Positions 26,976-39,444 of a DNA stretch of 60,000 nt are shown here, in pieces (position 1 is the stretch's first letter; each line of letters opens with the position of its first letter). Made by a program: the position numbers and the translations under genes. The notes beneath the pieces were generated by a model. The model was not told where the DNA came from. It did not search any database and saw nothing but the letters and a program-made list of their open reading frames with translations. The stretch is taken from assembly GCF_037042905.1 (NCBI RefSeq), contig NC_087251.1:35404001-35464000 (forward strand), written 5' to 3'. The DNA comes from Lytechinus pictus. Lineage: Eukaryota.

Positions 26976-27204
26976 GTAACCAATAAGTTTGGCATTGAAT
27001 GGATGCGACGTCATCTTGGAGATCGTTATCGCCTTCATGTCCTGTCCTTTGATGATCCTAACCCGATGCATATCGATGCTACCTTCAACATCATAGGGCC
27101 TGGTTTGGTTCTCTCCAACCCTGATCGACCGTGTCATCAGATTAATCGCTTCAAGAAAGCTGGCTGGACTATCGTGAAACCACCACCCCCAGCCATGCCA
27201 GACA
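26976..27204 (+). CDS. GATM: GATM coding exon 6
   Basis: atcag|[14 protein letters not shown]...[15 protein letters not shown]...PAMPD A|gtaagt; catalytic His in PMHID; 229 nt, phase 0/1. Confidence 0.96.
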
Positions 27205-27601
27205 GTAAGTGTTTTCATTATTATTTGTTATATCCTAGTTGAAAAGGCTGATTGCGTAATTCTTCTTCTTCTTCTTCTGGAAACAGTACAGTCCACCGTC
27301 TGGTGTATTGTCGTACTGGTGATTGCTTGCGTATCAGTTGTAAAGCATAACACTTGTAGTAGTTCATATCTTTATAGGACGATTTGGTTGTAAGATATTG
27401 AAGTATAGATCAAAATAATATTTAAGATTCCAAAAAGTTGAGGTAAAATATTTGGCTTCCATTACAACAGTACGATTTTTGTAATAATTCTTTAAATTTT
27501 CATTCTTTGAAATTGTCTGTATTTGAAAATCTTTGCATCAATCGCATATTTACTATCAAAATTTTATTTTGACCAATAAATTCAACTTTTGAAAGCCCAT
27601 C

Positions 27602-27879
27602 CATGGGCGGAAATCCCAGGGGGGACGCGTCCCCCCTACCCAAAATAGTAGGGGGGACACTATCAAATGTCCCCCTACTATTTTTGGTCTTTGATGATGG
27701 AAAGAAATACATCATTCAAAATCGAAATAAAACATGTACTTTAGACTAGATTACTTTTTTTTTTTTTTTTTTTGCTTGTCAAATTCATTTTGGTCGAAAT
27801 TACTTTACATTAGGGGTTAAAACCCTCTTTTTTCCAGCCCATGGTCCCCCTACCTTTTGGGGGGAGATTTCTGCCCTTG
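27602..27879. mobile_element. Short hAT-like MITE, same family as 562-3010
   Basis: CATGGGCGGAAAT...ATTTCTGCCCTTG; degenerate 8-bp TSD agcccatc/agctcagc. Confidence 0.75.
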
Positions 27880-27963
27880 AGCTCAGCCCTCCCCTCCCCC
27901 TATCACGTATTTAATATGTTTTTTTTCCTTCCCTCTTTCCCACAATGCAATTCCTTTATCAAG

Positions 27964-28190
27964 GCCACCCACTGTGGATGTCTTCGAAGTGGTTGTCGAT
28001 GAACGTCCTGATGCTGGATCCAAAGCGCGTGGTCGTCGACAGCAACGAGATCCCCACCATCAAGATGTTCGAGAAGCTCGGCATCGAGTGCGTCAAGGTC
28101 AACCTCCGCTTCGCCAACTCTCTGGGTGGTGGCTTCCACTGCTGGACCGCCGATATTCGACGTCGAGGTACTCTCGAATCATACATTTAA
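27964..28190 (+). CDS. GATM: GATM coding exon 7 (last)
   Basis: tcaag|(S)[18 protein letters not shown]...[23 protein letters not shown]; catalytic Cys in GGGFHCWT. Confidence 0.96.
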
Positions 28191-28797
28191 AAAGTATTAT
28201 AAATTCAGTATCAATTATGATTGTTTGCATACAGTGTTGATAAAGTTATGTAAAGGTCTCTCTCTTAGGTTTTCAGAGGTCTATCTCTTCGTCATTGCAT
28301 CGGTTATAAGTCACTCTCAATTTGGTTTGAGAAAAACCATCTCAGCTGCAATCTTGTGTTTAAGGAGGTTTGTGTGTGACATTCCGTTTTTTATCTATTT
28401 TACACAACACAATGTATATTTTGTTTCATATTGCATATGTCAGTTGGCAAATTAACAAACCTTTCGCAGTGTTATTCTTTCTTTTGTTCACAATGCCTAT
28501 CAATGCAGATTTTCATAAAACTCTTCTGTCCAAGGAAACAAATGTATCTTTGTTCAGAGTTGAAGGTAAAAACATAGTGATGATTGATGGAAATGGTCAT
28601 TGATGTGGTACAATGAAGTTGGATTTCCGCTTGAGTTAAAGCCCTATATTGTAAATCGGAATCACCAGTCAACAATATATAAACAAATTTCTAACAACTT
28701 TCTTCAAAATTATATCATATTTTCATTGTCTCCTTCTTACATGAAACTCTTTATCTGAAACCAGACGAATGTTATTTTGATGTTGAAACTTACCTGA

Positions 28798-29537
28798 AAT
28801 AAACTGAAATTAATGATTGAAATATCATTGTTTTCATCTGATTTATGGTGATTTTTTTTTATCATCTGAAATAATACGAAGGTTTATATTATGATATTAA
28901 TGCAGAGAAATCTTCATCACTGTTAAAAACGAATGTCTAAGCACTTTCATCAACTTTATATTAGTTCTTAATTGTTTTCTCATTCTATGAAATCGTATAT
29001 AAAAATGACGGATGTTATTTTTAGTTAGTACTGAAATAAACTGTAATTATTGAAATATGACCTTTCTTCCATTTGAAATATTCTGATTTTTTTCATCTGA
29101 AATAACATGAGGTTTATATGTTGATATTAGTACATCTCAATAGGTATCTATAAAGAAATCTGAAAACACTTTTACGACAAAATTTTGCAATTATACTGTA
29201 CTGAAATAATATCCTTTATACCTCGGTCACATGTGTTCTACGGCGGCCGTACGGCGAGTTGAAAACAGCCGTTTTAACATTTTTTTGTAATAGCTAATAT
29301 ACGTGATCTGAATAATAATTGATAAAACGACTGTTTCCGACTCGCCGTACGGCCGCCGTAGGGCAAATGTGACCGAGGTATTATTCTTACAAAGAAATCA
29401 GGTTCATCGGACTCATCAGTGAACAATGTTAACACGAATGTCTAAGCACTTTCGTCAACTTTAAATAAGTTCTTGTTTCCTTATTCTATTAAATTCTTTG
29501 AAAGGCGAATGTTATTTTCAGAATACACTGAAATAAA
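28798..29537 (+). terminator. Candidate GATM polyadenylation signals (AATAAA at 28798, 29035, 29532)
   Basis: Each AATAAA lies in the same repeated context CTGAAATAAACTG followed by T-rich sequence. Confidence 0.5.
29219..29380. mobile_element. Palindromic PIF/Harbinger-like MITE
   Basis: TIR TACCTCGGTCACAT; TTA TSD; sister copy at 34758-34921. Confidence 0.85.
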
Positions 29538-32500
29538 CTGAAATTAATAATTGATTTTTTTTTTCATCAGATTTTCTTTCATCTGAAATATCCTGAATAT
29601 TTATATCATGATATTAATGCCTGTGAATGCGTATGCATATTCTAAAGAGAGAAGTTAAAACACTTTACATAAAAAAGGTATAATTATCCTCACATATTAA
29701 GGCCAATACTGTGCTCTAATCTACCACTTTGTCCGTACCAAGAAAACCAAAAGAGGAGTAAATTTGCCAAAGAGCGATATCTTGTATTACCCTGTATACT
29801 GATATATGCAAGGTATACCATCACTACATTTTGAAAAAAAAATAAACATGGGCCGAAAACGAAACCTTGGGGTTTGTCATAAGACAGTCAGTAGACATGT
29901 CTGACACGTAGCCCTGATCTGAAGCAGAATTACCCCCCCCCCCCCCCATCAAGACTGAACAAGATCTGTATTGCTAGAAAATGATTTCTGAATTTCAGTC
30001 TGTTCTAGATCCAATCCTCTCCGTTAGCAATTAATTCGAAAATTCCACTCTTACCAATTCGATTACATCCTTTTAATTCGGAAGCATTTTAAAGTATGGA
30101 AGCTTGTTGAAACATTTTTCGGATAAACGGTTATCTTCAAACATTTGAAAGTTCTCAATAGATTTTATCACGTCACGAATTTATTCCTTTTCATATCTTT
30201 TTGTATATAGGAATATATTTTAGGGACATAATTTTAAGGAGAGTTTGGGCATTATGGAGTTTTCGATTCCATGCGTGCTGTACGTCGAGCAAAAACATGT
30301 GCCAACTTTTACCATTTCAGTTGACGTTGCGTCACTATGACAACGTCATAATATGTTAGTGAACATGTGCAGGGGTTGATAACGGGTAGAATCCGTTTTC
30401 ATATAATGAAAAAAAAAAACAGCGACAGACTCAGTGGCGCAAACAGCGGCGCACGCACAGTGCTTATGAAAAATTATACCGCTGTGACGTCACAGGATGA
30501 AACCGACTGCAACATAGAAATCGAATATTCCTTATTATTCAGAGTAACATAATTTCCTAAGTGATAGTTTCATATTGGCTTGTCATAAGAAACTGAAAAT
30601 TATCACTTTCAGCTTTACCAAATCTATATACTTTCCATAATACATGTGCTGTAATTTTCTCTTAACTTGTTTTGTTAAAGATAAACATATCAAATAATGA
30701 TTTTGTTTGTCCCTAGAACCCTTTAATATAAAATGTAGAATCAATTATAAAAAATCAATCCTAATTGTATAAATGATTTCAAACGTAAATATCGATCGTG
30801 TATTTTTTTTATCGTATCTTTATGTCAGGAGGCTATAAGATGGCTATCATCCCATACGAGATAATTTACATGAATTTCATGTTTCAGTATATTAACAGTA
30901 ATGTTCTTGCAAACTTGCTATTGTCATGTTCCGTCGAATGCCCCCAAGTCATTTTTCATAACTCCTAAAATTTATCTTTTCTGTTTATGAAAATGCGTAT
31001 CCAGGATTGATATGATTTCAAAAATATTCTAAAGTCTGGTTTCGAAGACGAAATATAATTATCTGAACCGTTTTATCTTTTCTTCAATATCATTTAATTT
31101 TTATTACATATCAAATTTTCTTTCTTTTCTGCTTAATTTGTATTGAGATTGCTTAAGACAGTCTATATTTTTAAACAATCCAATAGGTACTTTGGAATTT
31201 TCATCAGTGTTTGATGGTCGTAAATATATTTTACCAAGTCTGATTTTATTTGTGCATTCATTTGATATATCTGATTCGTCAATTGTAGATTATGGGGCTG
31301 CTGGATAATTTCATTTTGAAAAGCCATCTTAATTTTTACATGATTTTCATTGATACGAAATTGATCCTTCTCAGTGGTATGTCAACCAATTTTCATAAGA
31401 TGCCAAACCTCACTCTGTATGTTCATGTAAGTGTACTGCATAATGAAACTGCCAGAGTTTTTCTTTTTATGCAACAGCCCCCTCCCCTGATTAGCGTTTT
31501 AACAAGATCTTTCAAAGGGTTCTCTAAAAATACAGGAGTCCTTAACTTAATACATGTTTTTGTTCTCTTTTTTTTTTAAGCAATATGTTTTTTTTCTTCC
31601 TGTAGGTCATATATGTTTAATCATCTGGTTGTGTTAAACTTATGTCCTAAAGTTCGTTCTAGAACCCAAGGCTACCCGACAAATATTATTATATTTTACA
31701 AAGTTCAGATAGGCCTACATGTATCTACAACAATTAAAAAACATTTTAATGGAATTATGGAATTCTTACAAGCATGTCGAAGTGTGAAAGTTGAAGACTT
31801 AATGATTGGACGTGTTGGACATTTTGGCTTTACCAAACCAGTTAATCGGTCGTATGACTTATATCTTGTATACACAAATGTTCTGTACATATTATATTAA
31901 TGTATGTAAACAAGATGTTTGTAAAATTTAGCATGCATGTGGTTGAGATTCCGATAGACATAGCATATCGTTGCTGCATGGTCAAAACAAAAATAATGTC
32001 TATCCCATCATGATTCTTTGTGGAACTGAATTTGAATACGAAAAAAAATCAAACTGCTAATGTACGGGTTATGATGGACTGACAACTCGATGGGGGAATT
32101 CGTCAGTCTTCAGTTTATTGCAATTTACAATCACCATAAACTCCAAAACAGGGATAGAAGATATTTTAAAAACTCATGTTGAATTTCTGGGACAATTTGT
32201 GCATTTCAATAACTAAATTTGGTATGTTTTATCTCCATTATGAAGGTTTATATATATTCAATGAATTAATCCGTGGGGATATTTTTGTTATGCACTATAT
32301 GTATTTGCTCTAATTTACATGTTGAATGTAATTCGAAATAAATATGGTGTAGAGGAAATCTTAATGCATTGTCTCGAGAACTTTTTTTTACACTTTATAT
32401 AAAAGGGTAAGTTTTACAGGTGCTGTGGCATTGTGAAACCTGCAAACAAGACCTAAATTCCGAGTCGACACAGAAGGACTGCCTCTCATTTTTTTTCTGT

Positions 32501-32729
32501 AACTCAGTGAGTCCAACGCTGCAACCGACTTCCACCTCACCCCCTCCGCCCCGAAGGAATCTTCCTCCTAGACTCTCACCCCTGAACGAGATTTTGGCCC
32601 CGGTCTTTATTTTCTGATATATTGAGAGTGATCAATTCCAAGCTCTCCAAATACAGGTTACAAGGCTCATTACTCAATTGAAAACAAAGTTTTCATGGCA
32701 GTTACCATAATGACAAAGTTACCATATCA

Positions 32730-32903
32730 GGGCCCCGTTGCGTAAAAGTAACCATTATAGTAACTTTGTCATCCAATGTTAACTTCCCTCTTTAAAAAAT
32801 CATTGATTCTGATTGGCTGCTTAGCATTGTTACCATGGCAGTTGCCATTGGACGGCAAAATTAATATAATTATGATAATAGTAAATTTTATGCAACGGGG
32901 CCC
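32730..32903. mobile_element. MITE (GGGCCCCGTTGC TIR family)
   Basis: GGGCCCCGTTGCGTAAAA...TTTTATGCAACGGGGCCC. Confidence 0.8.
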
Positions 32904-32959
32904 TGCAAGTCTTTGTTCGCAGATATCACCGTGTCGCTTTATACCTTCAATTCAATAGA

Positions 32960-33183
32960 GGTGCCGTGGCCGAGTGGTCTAAGGCGCCTGGCTATACATT
33001 GAAAGTCTGGGGTTCTATCCCCGGCCGTGGCACCTATGAACCCGTGAGAGAGGCATTTAATCTACATTAAATTAATCTACATTTTAATCTACATTATCTA
33101 CAATGCTCTTTTATCCTGCTTTCAAATAAATGGAAATGCTATACGCATTACTGGTAACTAGGTGTGCACTTGTTAAAAAAAAA
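32960..33183 (+). mobile_element. tRNA-derived SINE
   Basis: A box TGGCCGAGTGG, B-box-like GGTTCTATCCC, stem GGTGCCG/TGGCACC, then a non-tRNA body and A tail. Confidence 0.8.
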
Positions 33184-33634
33184 TCTCCGAATATGAATGA
33201 ATATTACATATTCCAGAGCAATCATCCAAATTCATTTATTTCTGAAATGATCTTCACCGCATATTCCATATTTCATACCTCTTTTTACGGTGTTTAATTG
33301 TTCGACTCTCAAAAAGTCAGTGCCCCGTGCCCAAGTCACACCAACGAAACCCACTCCAAGCCGGCCGATGTCATTTGAATTGCATGTAACTTTTAGCTTT
33401 AGTCGGTCTGGAATCGGGTTCGCCTGGTATGACAGTGACAACATCATGAAATCTGCAGACGAGACGGGAACCGGGATATTTTTGTTCTCAAAATTGTTTT
33501 TCTTCAATCCATGTTAATTACTTGCTATTTATTGAATTTTACCTACTCTCTTTCTCGTAATTTCACCATCTCTCACTGGTATTGGAAATACTAATAAAGA
33601 TTGCATGTAAAGATCAGGCCCTAATGCAATTTAA

Positions 33635-34231
33635 AGGACAAGTCCACCCCAACAAAAAATATTTGAATAAAAGGAGAAAAATCCAACTAGAATAACACTG
33701 AACATTTCATCAAAAATCAGATGTTAAATAAGAAAGTTATGATATTTTAAAGTTTCGCTTAATTTCACAAAACAGTTATATGCACACCCTGGTCGGTGTG
33801 CAAATGACCAGACTGATGACGTCATCCACTCACCATTTCTTTTGTATTTCATTATATGAAATATGAAAAATTATAATTTTCTTCTCATCATGTGAAACAA
33901 AATTTTATTCCTCCCTGAACATGTTGAATTACCATTATGTTAACAGTTTATGGATAAGTCAAGTTGGTCCTTATTGTCAAATCTGTAAAAATTGAAATAT
34001 TGTATAATTCAAACAAAAACAAAAGAAATAGTGAGTGAGAGACATCATCGACGCTCTCATTTGCATATCACTGAATTGTGCGTATAACCGTTTTGTGAAA
34101 AATAAGCGAAACTTTAAAATGTCATAACTTTCTTATTTTACACCCGATTTTGATGAAATATTCAGCGTTATATGCTTTTTTTATTTTTATTCTTGATTCA
34201 AATCAACAATTTTCTGGGGTGGACTTGACCT
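33635..34231. mobile_element. Kolobok-like MITE
   Basis: TTAA TSD; TIR AGGACAAGTCCACCCCA/TGGGGTGGACTTGACCT. Confidence 0.85.
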
Positions 34232-34757
34232 TTAACAAAGTCACCCTTAGAAATGTAAAATAGAATCAATCGTATCGAGCCTCGGTGAAAGTTCTCCCAG
34301 TATAGTTGTCTTGTCCGCAGCTTTCACGATGACCTCTCACCTTTAAACAATGTCAATATTAACACGATTTGATGCTGTCACATATCGCCACTCCTAATGC
34401 CACAGTCTCATTCAACTAAACCGACTCCAAACTGACCGATGCCAGGTCATTGTTAATAACGTAAAGCACTTTGGTCGATTAGGAGCAGTTTCATCGATGT
34501 GGCTGTAGCATCAGTCCCACGTTACAAAAGTAAAGAAAACCACGCACACCGAATTGTTCAATACATACATAGAATTTCATTTTCATATTTACATCTCATT
34601 ACATACACATTATGTTGAAATTGATTTTCATCAATGTATGGTCCCATTCGATCGCTTCGCTTGGTTTGAAGGGCATTTTATGGTTCATTTACCGTCTTTT
34701 CAATGTCCGTATGCTCACCCAAAGTTTCAGTCTCTCTGAATTAAACACTGACGTTAA

Positions 34758-34921
34758 TACCTCAGTCACATTTCCCCTACGGCGGCCGTACGGCGAGTCG
34801 AAAACAGCCGTTTTATTCATTTTGATTCGAACCACCTACATGTAGCTGGTACCAAAAAAAATGTTAAAACGGCTTTTTTTCGACGCCATACGGCCGCCTT
34901 AGGGGAAATGTGACTGAGGTA
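34758..34921. mobile_element. Palindromic PIF/Harbinger-like MITE
   Basis: TIR TACCTCAGTCACATTTCCCCTA; flanks TAA/TTA. Confidence 0.85.
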
Positions 34922-35232
34922 TTAGTGAAACATAAAAAGAATCATCGAAATAGGATAAATAATTTAAGCAAACTCACTGCAATTTAAACTTTTGCAAGGT
35001 CTCAAAAAACATTAAAAAGGGTCATAATCGACGAACTCGTGGTGTCGTAAACTCCGTTTATCTTATGTGTTTTTATAAATGCATGAAATACATTTTCAAT
35101 TTCTTGCTTGAAGAATTTCAAAACGTTTGTTTAGTCCTCGTGAAATGTCGGGGATAAATAAAGAAAGCATTCTTTAAAGTGATATATTTTTTTCCTGTAA
35201 ACTAATTTTAAAGCATAAAAATCTAAACACAG

Positions 35233-35402
35233 GTCGGTGTTTCATAAAGCTGTTCGTAAGTTAAGAGCGACTCTAAGAACGACTGGTGACCCTGTTTTAC
35301 TCGCTAAATACGTTTGATATTGAATATCATTTACCACAAGAAAGGATCACCAGTCGTTCTTAAAGTCCCTCTTAACTTACGAACAGCTTTATGAAACGGG
35401 CC
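35233..35402. mobile_element. Palindromic MITE
   Basis: GTTTCATAAAGCTGTTCGTAAGTTAAGAG and its reverse complement; second copy at ~51703-51876. Confidence 0.85.
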
Positions 35403-35986
35403 TCGGGTATAATACCACTTCTAAATTTTGGGAAACCCAACATGGAATTGCCTTCAACCTTTTTAAATTATACGAGATTTCTTATTATGATCTGAGACGA
35501 GGTATTTACTTCTAGAAAAAAATTAAATGCACGTAACTTTGGTATAAATCATTGATATTAATTAATTTGGATATAAAAAAATAATGATTGTATTCAAATT
35601 ATCACCATAGTAAGAATAAACCCCTAAAAAACCATGGGCTCCCTTAATCCGGCAAATGGAAATAAACAACCTTTAAAGCTTAATATGGAATAGCACATTT
35701 TTATTTTTTCTGAGACTGAAAACATGTTTGCGAGAAGAATTTGCCAATTGAGAAGTACCCCTTCCCTTAACAGATAAAAAGAAAATATATTCAGCGGAAG
35801 CAACGCATCGTATCGTCCTCCGGAAGTGATTCAACTTAACTGTCAGGGGTAAGTTTCTTGAAAGACCCACAATCGTATTTTCCTTAACACTGCGAAAGAA
35901 CAAGAAGACGTGGTTCTGTTGTGTGCCCAAGAGTTTTTGACGGTCTCAAGAAACCGGTCCCATTCTTCATGGTCGGGTCAACCGGT

Positions 35987-36097
35987 TCAATCCGGACTCT
36001 GTAATGCTAACCAAGAAGCGATAGGTCGGTTTGGATTGTTCATGATGTCTACCCAATGTTCTAACTCTTCACATGTCGATGACCAGCCAAGTTCAAC
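35987..36097 (-). CDS. Synaptotagmin-like, last coding exon
   Basis: tgcag|VELGWSSTCEELEHWVDIMNNPNRPIASWLALQSPD*; typical synaptotagmin C-terminus (HWxDMxxNPxRPIAxW). Confidence 0.92.
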   Translation of the reverse strand, partial: VELGWSSTCEELEHWVDIMNNPNRPIASWLALQSPD

Positions 36098-36671
36098 CTG
36101 CATGAAGGTTTCATACGACAGTGGACAAGAGAGAGAGATGGGATTGAAAAAAAATAATTATTAAACAGTTAAGAAAAAAATAGCGATCAAGAGTTTGAGG
36201 GAAGCAACGAGTTCTTAATCACAGAAGGAAAAAAACAAATTCAATGCTGTCATCCGGTAGAGCTTAGCAACACCCAGGGTGGTACGTAAAACCGTCCTCC
36301 AAATCAACCTTGAACCCATTTGATAGAAACTACCCTTATAGTTATGTACTTGGACAAATTCCCCCAAAATGCGTCTAAAAAGTACCAAACATGCTCAAAG
36401 ATTAGTTAGAAAAAGTTAAGATTACTGCAATTATCAATATTGAGGGAACAACGGCAATATAAAACTGTTGAATGCAATAATACTTTCATGAACAGCGACC
36501 CCGGGGGCGACGTGAGGGGGTCGATTGTTCGGCATCCTTTGAAAAAGGGTCGTCTCGTCTGCCCCCCCCCCCCACACCTTAAGAGACAAGATATTAAGAA
36601 ATTATCGCCTATGGGTATATTTATTCTTTTAAAAAAAATCACGATTATTTATGGATAAGAAGGGTGCTTAC

Positions 36672-36877
36672 CCTTCCAACGACATGTCCCCCTTTAACGA
36701 CGTCTCTGTGAACAAGCGAAACAACGAATGTCACTCCCTGAAGTCTACTATTACCCTCGGGAAGAGTGAAAACCAGTTGATCGTTCCATGAAGGGTCGTG
36801 TGTCTCTCGGACCAGATGCGTCTTTTGTTTCGAAATTCGCCAGTCGTTGTACAACATCTCAATACGCGTACACGAGT
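36672..36877 (-). CDS. Synaptotagmin-like, C2B middle
   Basis: cgtag|(H)SCTRIEMLYNDWRISKQKTHLVRETHDPSWNDQLVFTLP...SLVHRDVVKGGHVVGR|gtaag; phase 1/0. Confidence 0.9.
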
Positions 36878-37313
36878 CTACGAAAATAATGATGGTGATT
36901 ATGAGTGACTTGAATTTACATTTTTTTATTTGCTTTTTTTTATTGTAATGCAGAGAATCCTCATCGAATTCAGTGATTTTCATTCTACAAGAACAAAATG
37001 AATAGATTTGTTTGCTTTTGTTAAGGAGAATCATTAAATCTGAGATGCAATGAAATCAGAAAGAATAATATTGTAAAACTTTGTAATAAATTCATTCTAC
37101 CACAGGTTTGTGAAATTTATTCAGTTCAAGTGTTGAATAGAGGCATCATAATTTTTCCCTTAAATATCGAGAATCTTCTAAAGCTGGGACCAATTAGAAG
37201 CATGAGGGCAAAAACCATAGTCTACGGGCTAATTTTGAAAAAAAAATATCATTCCCGGTTAAGTATGGTTATTGCATTAAATAAAGCTAGATCATGTTTA
37301 TAGAGGCAATATA

Positions 37314-38698
37314 CATTGCGTATAAAAAAAAACGGGACAGTAATTTTTAAAAGTCTATACAAAGTTTGTTTCAAATTATAATATCTATATTTTGATGTTA
37401 ATAGATGCTCTGAAATCGTATCTTTGAAATGCAATAAAAAAAAAAAATTTTGTTCATGTTTGAGCGAACACGGGACGTTTTTGTCGGGGGTTCAAAAAGA
37501 GGCTTGCGCCATAATGGCAGAATATGAGTAATATGATTATCAGACTTCTTGCTAATCAGCAGACTTCCTCTTAACCTTTTCATTATCTGTGCCACAATTT
37601 TCGAATTATGCTGTCAAATTTTATTTACAAATTTATTTATTTATTTACTTGAATTATTTTGCTCTTTTTTCAATAAATCTCTTTTACTTTTGAATTTTCC
37701 CTCATAAGGAAGAAAATAAGACTTTTTGTCAACCCAAGCAAGAAGATTTGCATTATTAATTGGGAAAACTTGTAATTATTCAAATCCTTTTATTATGTAA
37801 AACAAATTTATTTTATGGTACCTTTAGAAGACATGAATCAATATTTCAACGGGTTATTGATTCCTTGACCAAGTTTAATTATATGCTTGACAGGACAAAC
37901 AGGAAGGGATTCATGTCTTTCAATGGTGTATTGAGTCATTTTGAAGGAGCTAGATATGGCAGATCGGGGAAAATGTAATAAAAAGTTGTATGCGAGCGAA
38001 GCGAGCACACAAAAATTCAATTTTTTTTTAAATCAAAATATCAAATTTTGTGATAGATTTTGACATAATACTCAGAAAATGATATCATATTTTACTTTCT
38101 ATCTTTCCTTTTATTTCCTTTCCACTTTTTTTCTTGGTCATGATTTTTTGTTTAATTGAGGGGGGGGGGGAGCATCTCCAAACCCCCGCCCATCTGTATG
38201 ACACTGTTCAAAAGGCACCATAACCTTTGTAGCGCACAATGAAAGGATTTTATTTAAAAAATACAAGCTCTCCCATACTTCGGTTGAAAAAAAAAATGGG
38301 TTTGCTTGAAGAAGGAATAATAAAAGCTAAAAGAAAACGTATTAAAAAGAAACAACAACAGAACAATTTAAGCAAACAAATAGATTTGAATTTTGACCGC
38401 ATAATTTGAAAATTTTGGCAATGATAATGAAAAGGTTAAGAGGAAGTCTGCTGATTAGCAAAAAGTCCGATCATCATAATATTTATCATTTAATGCCATT
38501 CTGGCGCAAGCCTCCTTTTTAACCCCATACAAAAACATTCCGTGTTCACTCAAGCATGAACGAAATTAATTTTTTTTTAAATGGCATTAGAAAGATAAGA
38601 CTTCAGAGCACCTATTAACACCAAAATATAGACATCATAATTTGAAACAAAAATTTTATAGACTTTTCAAATCTTTCCGTTTTTTTTTATACGCACTG
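37314..38698. mobile_element. Tc1/mariner-like non-autonomous element with ~300-bp inverted arms
   Basis: TA|CA(T/G)TGCGTATAAAAAAAA...TTTTATACGCACTG|TA; contains a probable hAT-type insert at ~37950-38205. Confidence 0.8.
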
Positions 38699-39013
38699 TA
38701 TATACATGTACATTACAATAATCCATTCAAACCCTGGGGAACCTTGTCCCTAAAACGATGATCGGTTTAATGGGCTTTCGAACCTAACTAAATACTACAA
38801 TCACACCCATGTAACTGACTCCAAACCGATCGCTGGTATATGTCATTGGGAATAACGTAATAGCTTTGATCGGGCTAGAATCGGTTTTGTTGATGTGACT
38901 GTGGCACCGTAGCTGGATCGAACCCTGCGTTAACAAAACCATGTCGGGTCTGATAAGAGGCCACCTGATTGATGTCGTCCATAAATGACGCAGTTGCTAG
39001 GCAACGCACTCAC

Positions 39014-39128
39014 GTAATGTTCCTATGATGGTGCTCCGTGGTAAATCTCGAGCCCCATAGACGAGGAAAACGATGCGGTAAGAGTCGGGCTGGTAACACA
39101 CTGACAGGTGGATGTCACCCATCGGAGA
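39014..39128 (-). CDS. Synaptotagmin-like, start of C2B
   Basis: ctccag|SPMGDIHLSVCYQPDSYRIVFLVYGARDLPRSTIIGTL C|gtgag; matches the C2B GELxLSLCYxP...ARxL pattern; 115 nt. Confidence 0.9.
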
Positions 39129-39444
39129 CTGGAGGTGACGGACAAATCCGGTTTAGATGTTTTTTATTTAAAAAAATAGAAAAAGAAAGAAAAGAACATA
39201 AGACGTGATTTCAAGTGAATAAAGAGAATGAAGAAAAGTCATTACTGCAAATCATGAGTATATAGTGAAAACAATAAAGTTTGCTTTAACAATAAAGCGT
39301 TTCTCGTTTCCAATGTAGATCAAAATACAATAACTGTTAAAACTGGATAGTTAAACTAATGTTTATAAATATAGCCAACTGGTGACCATGCGCCTTTTTT
39401 TATTATTTTATAATTTCATTTTGAACATAATTATTTGCATTACA

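Noticed and set aside
27903..28240. Antisense and alternative-frame ORFs over GATM exon 7
   Set aside because: By-product of GC-rich codon usage in the real exon.
32960..33035. Functional tRNA gene
   Set aside because: Anticodon arm is not canonical, the B box is mutated, and a SINE body with A tail follows.
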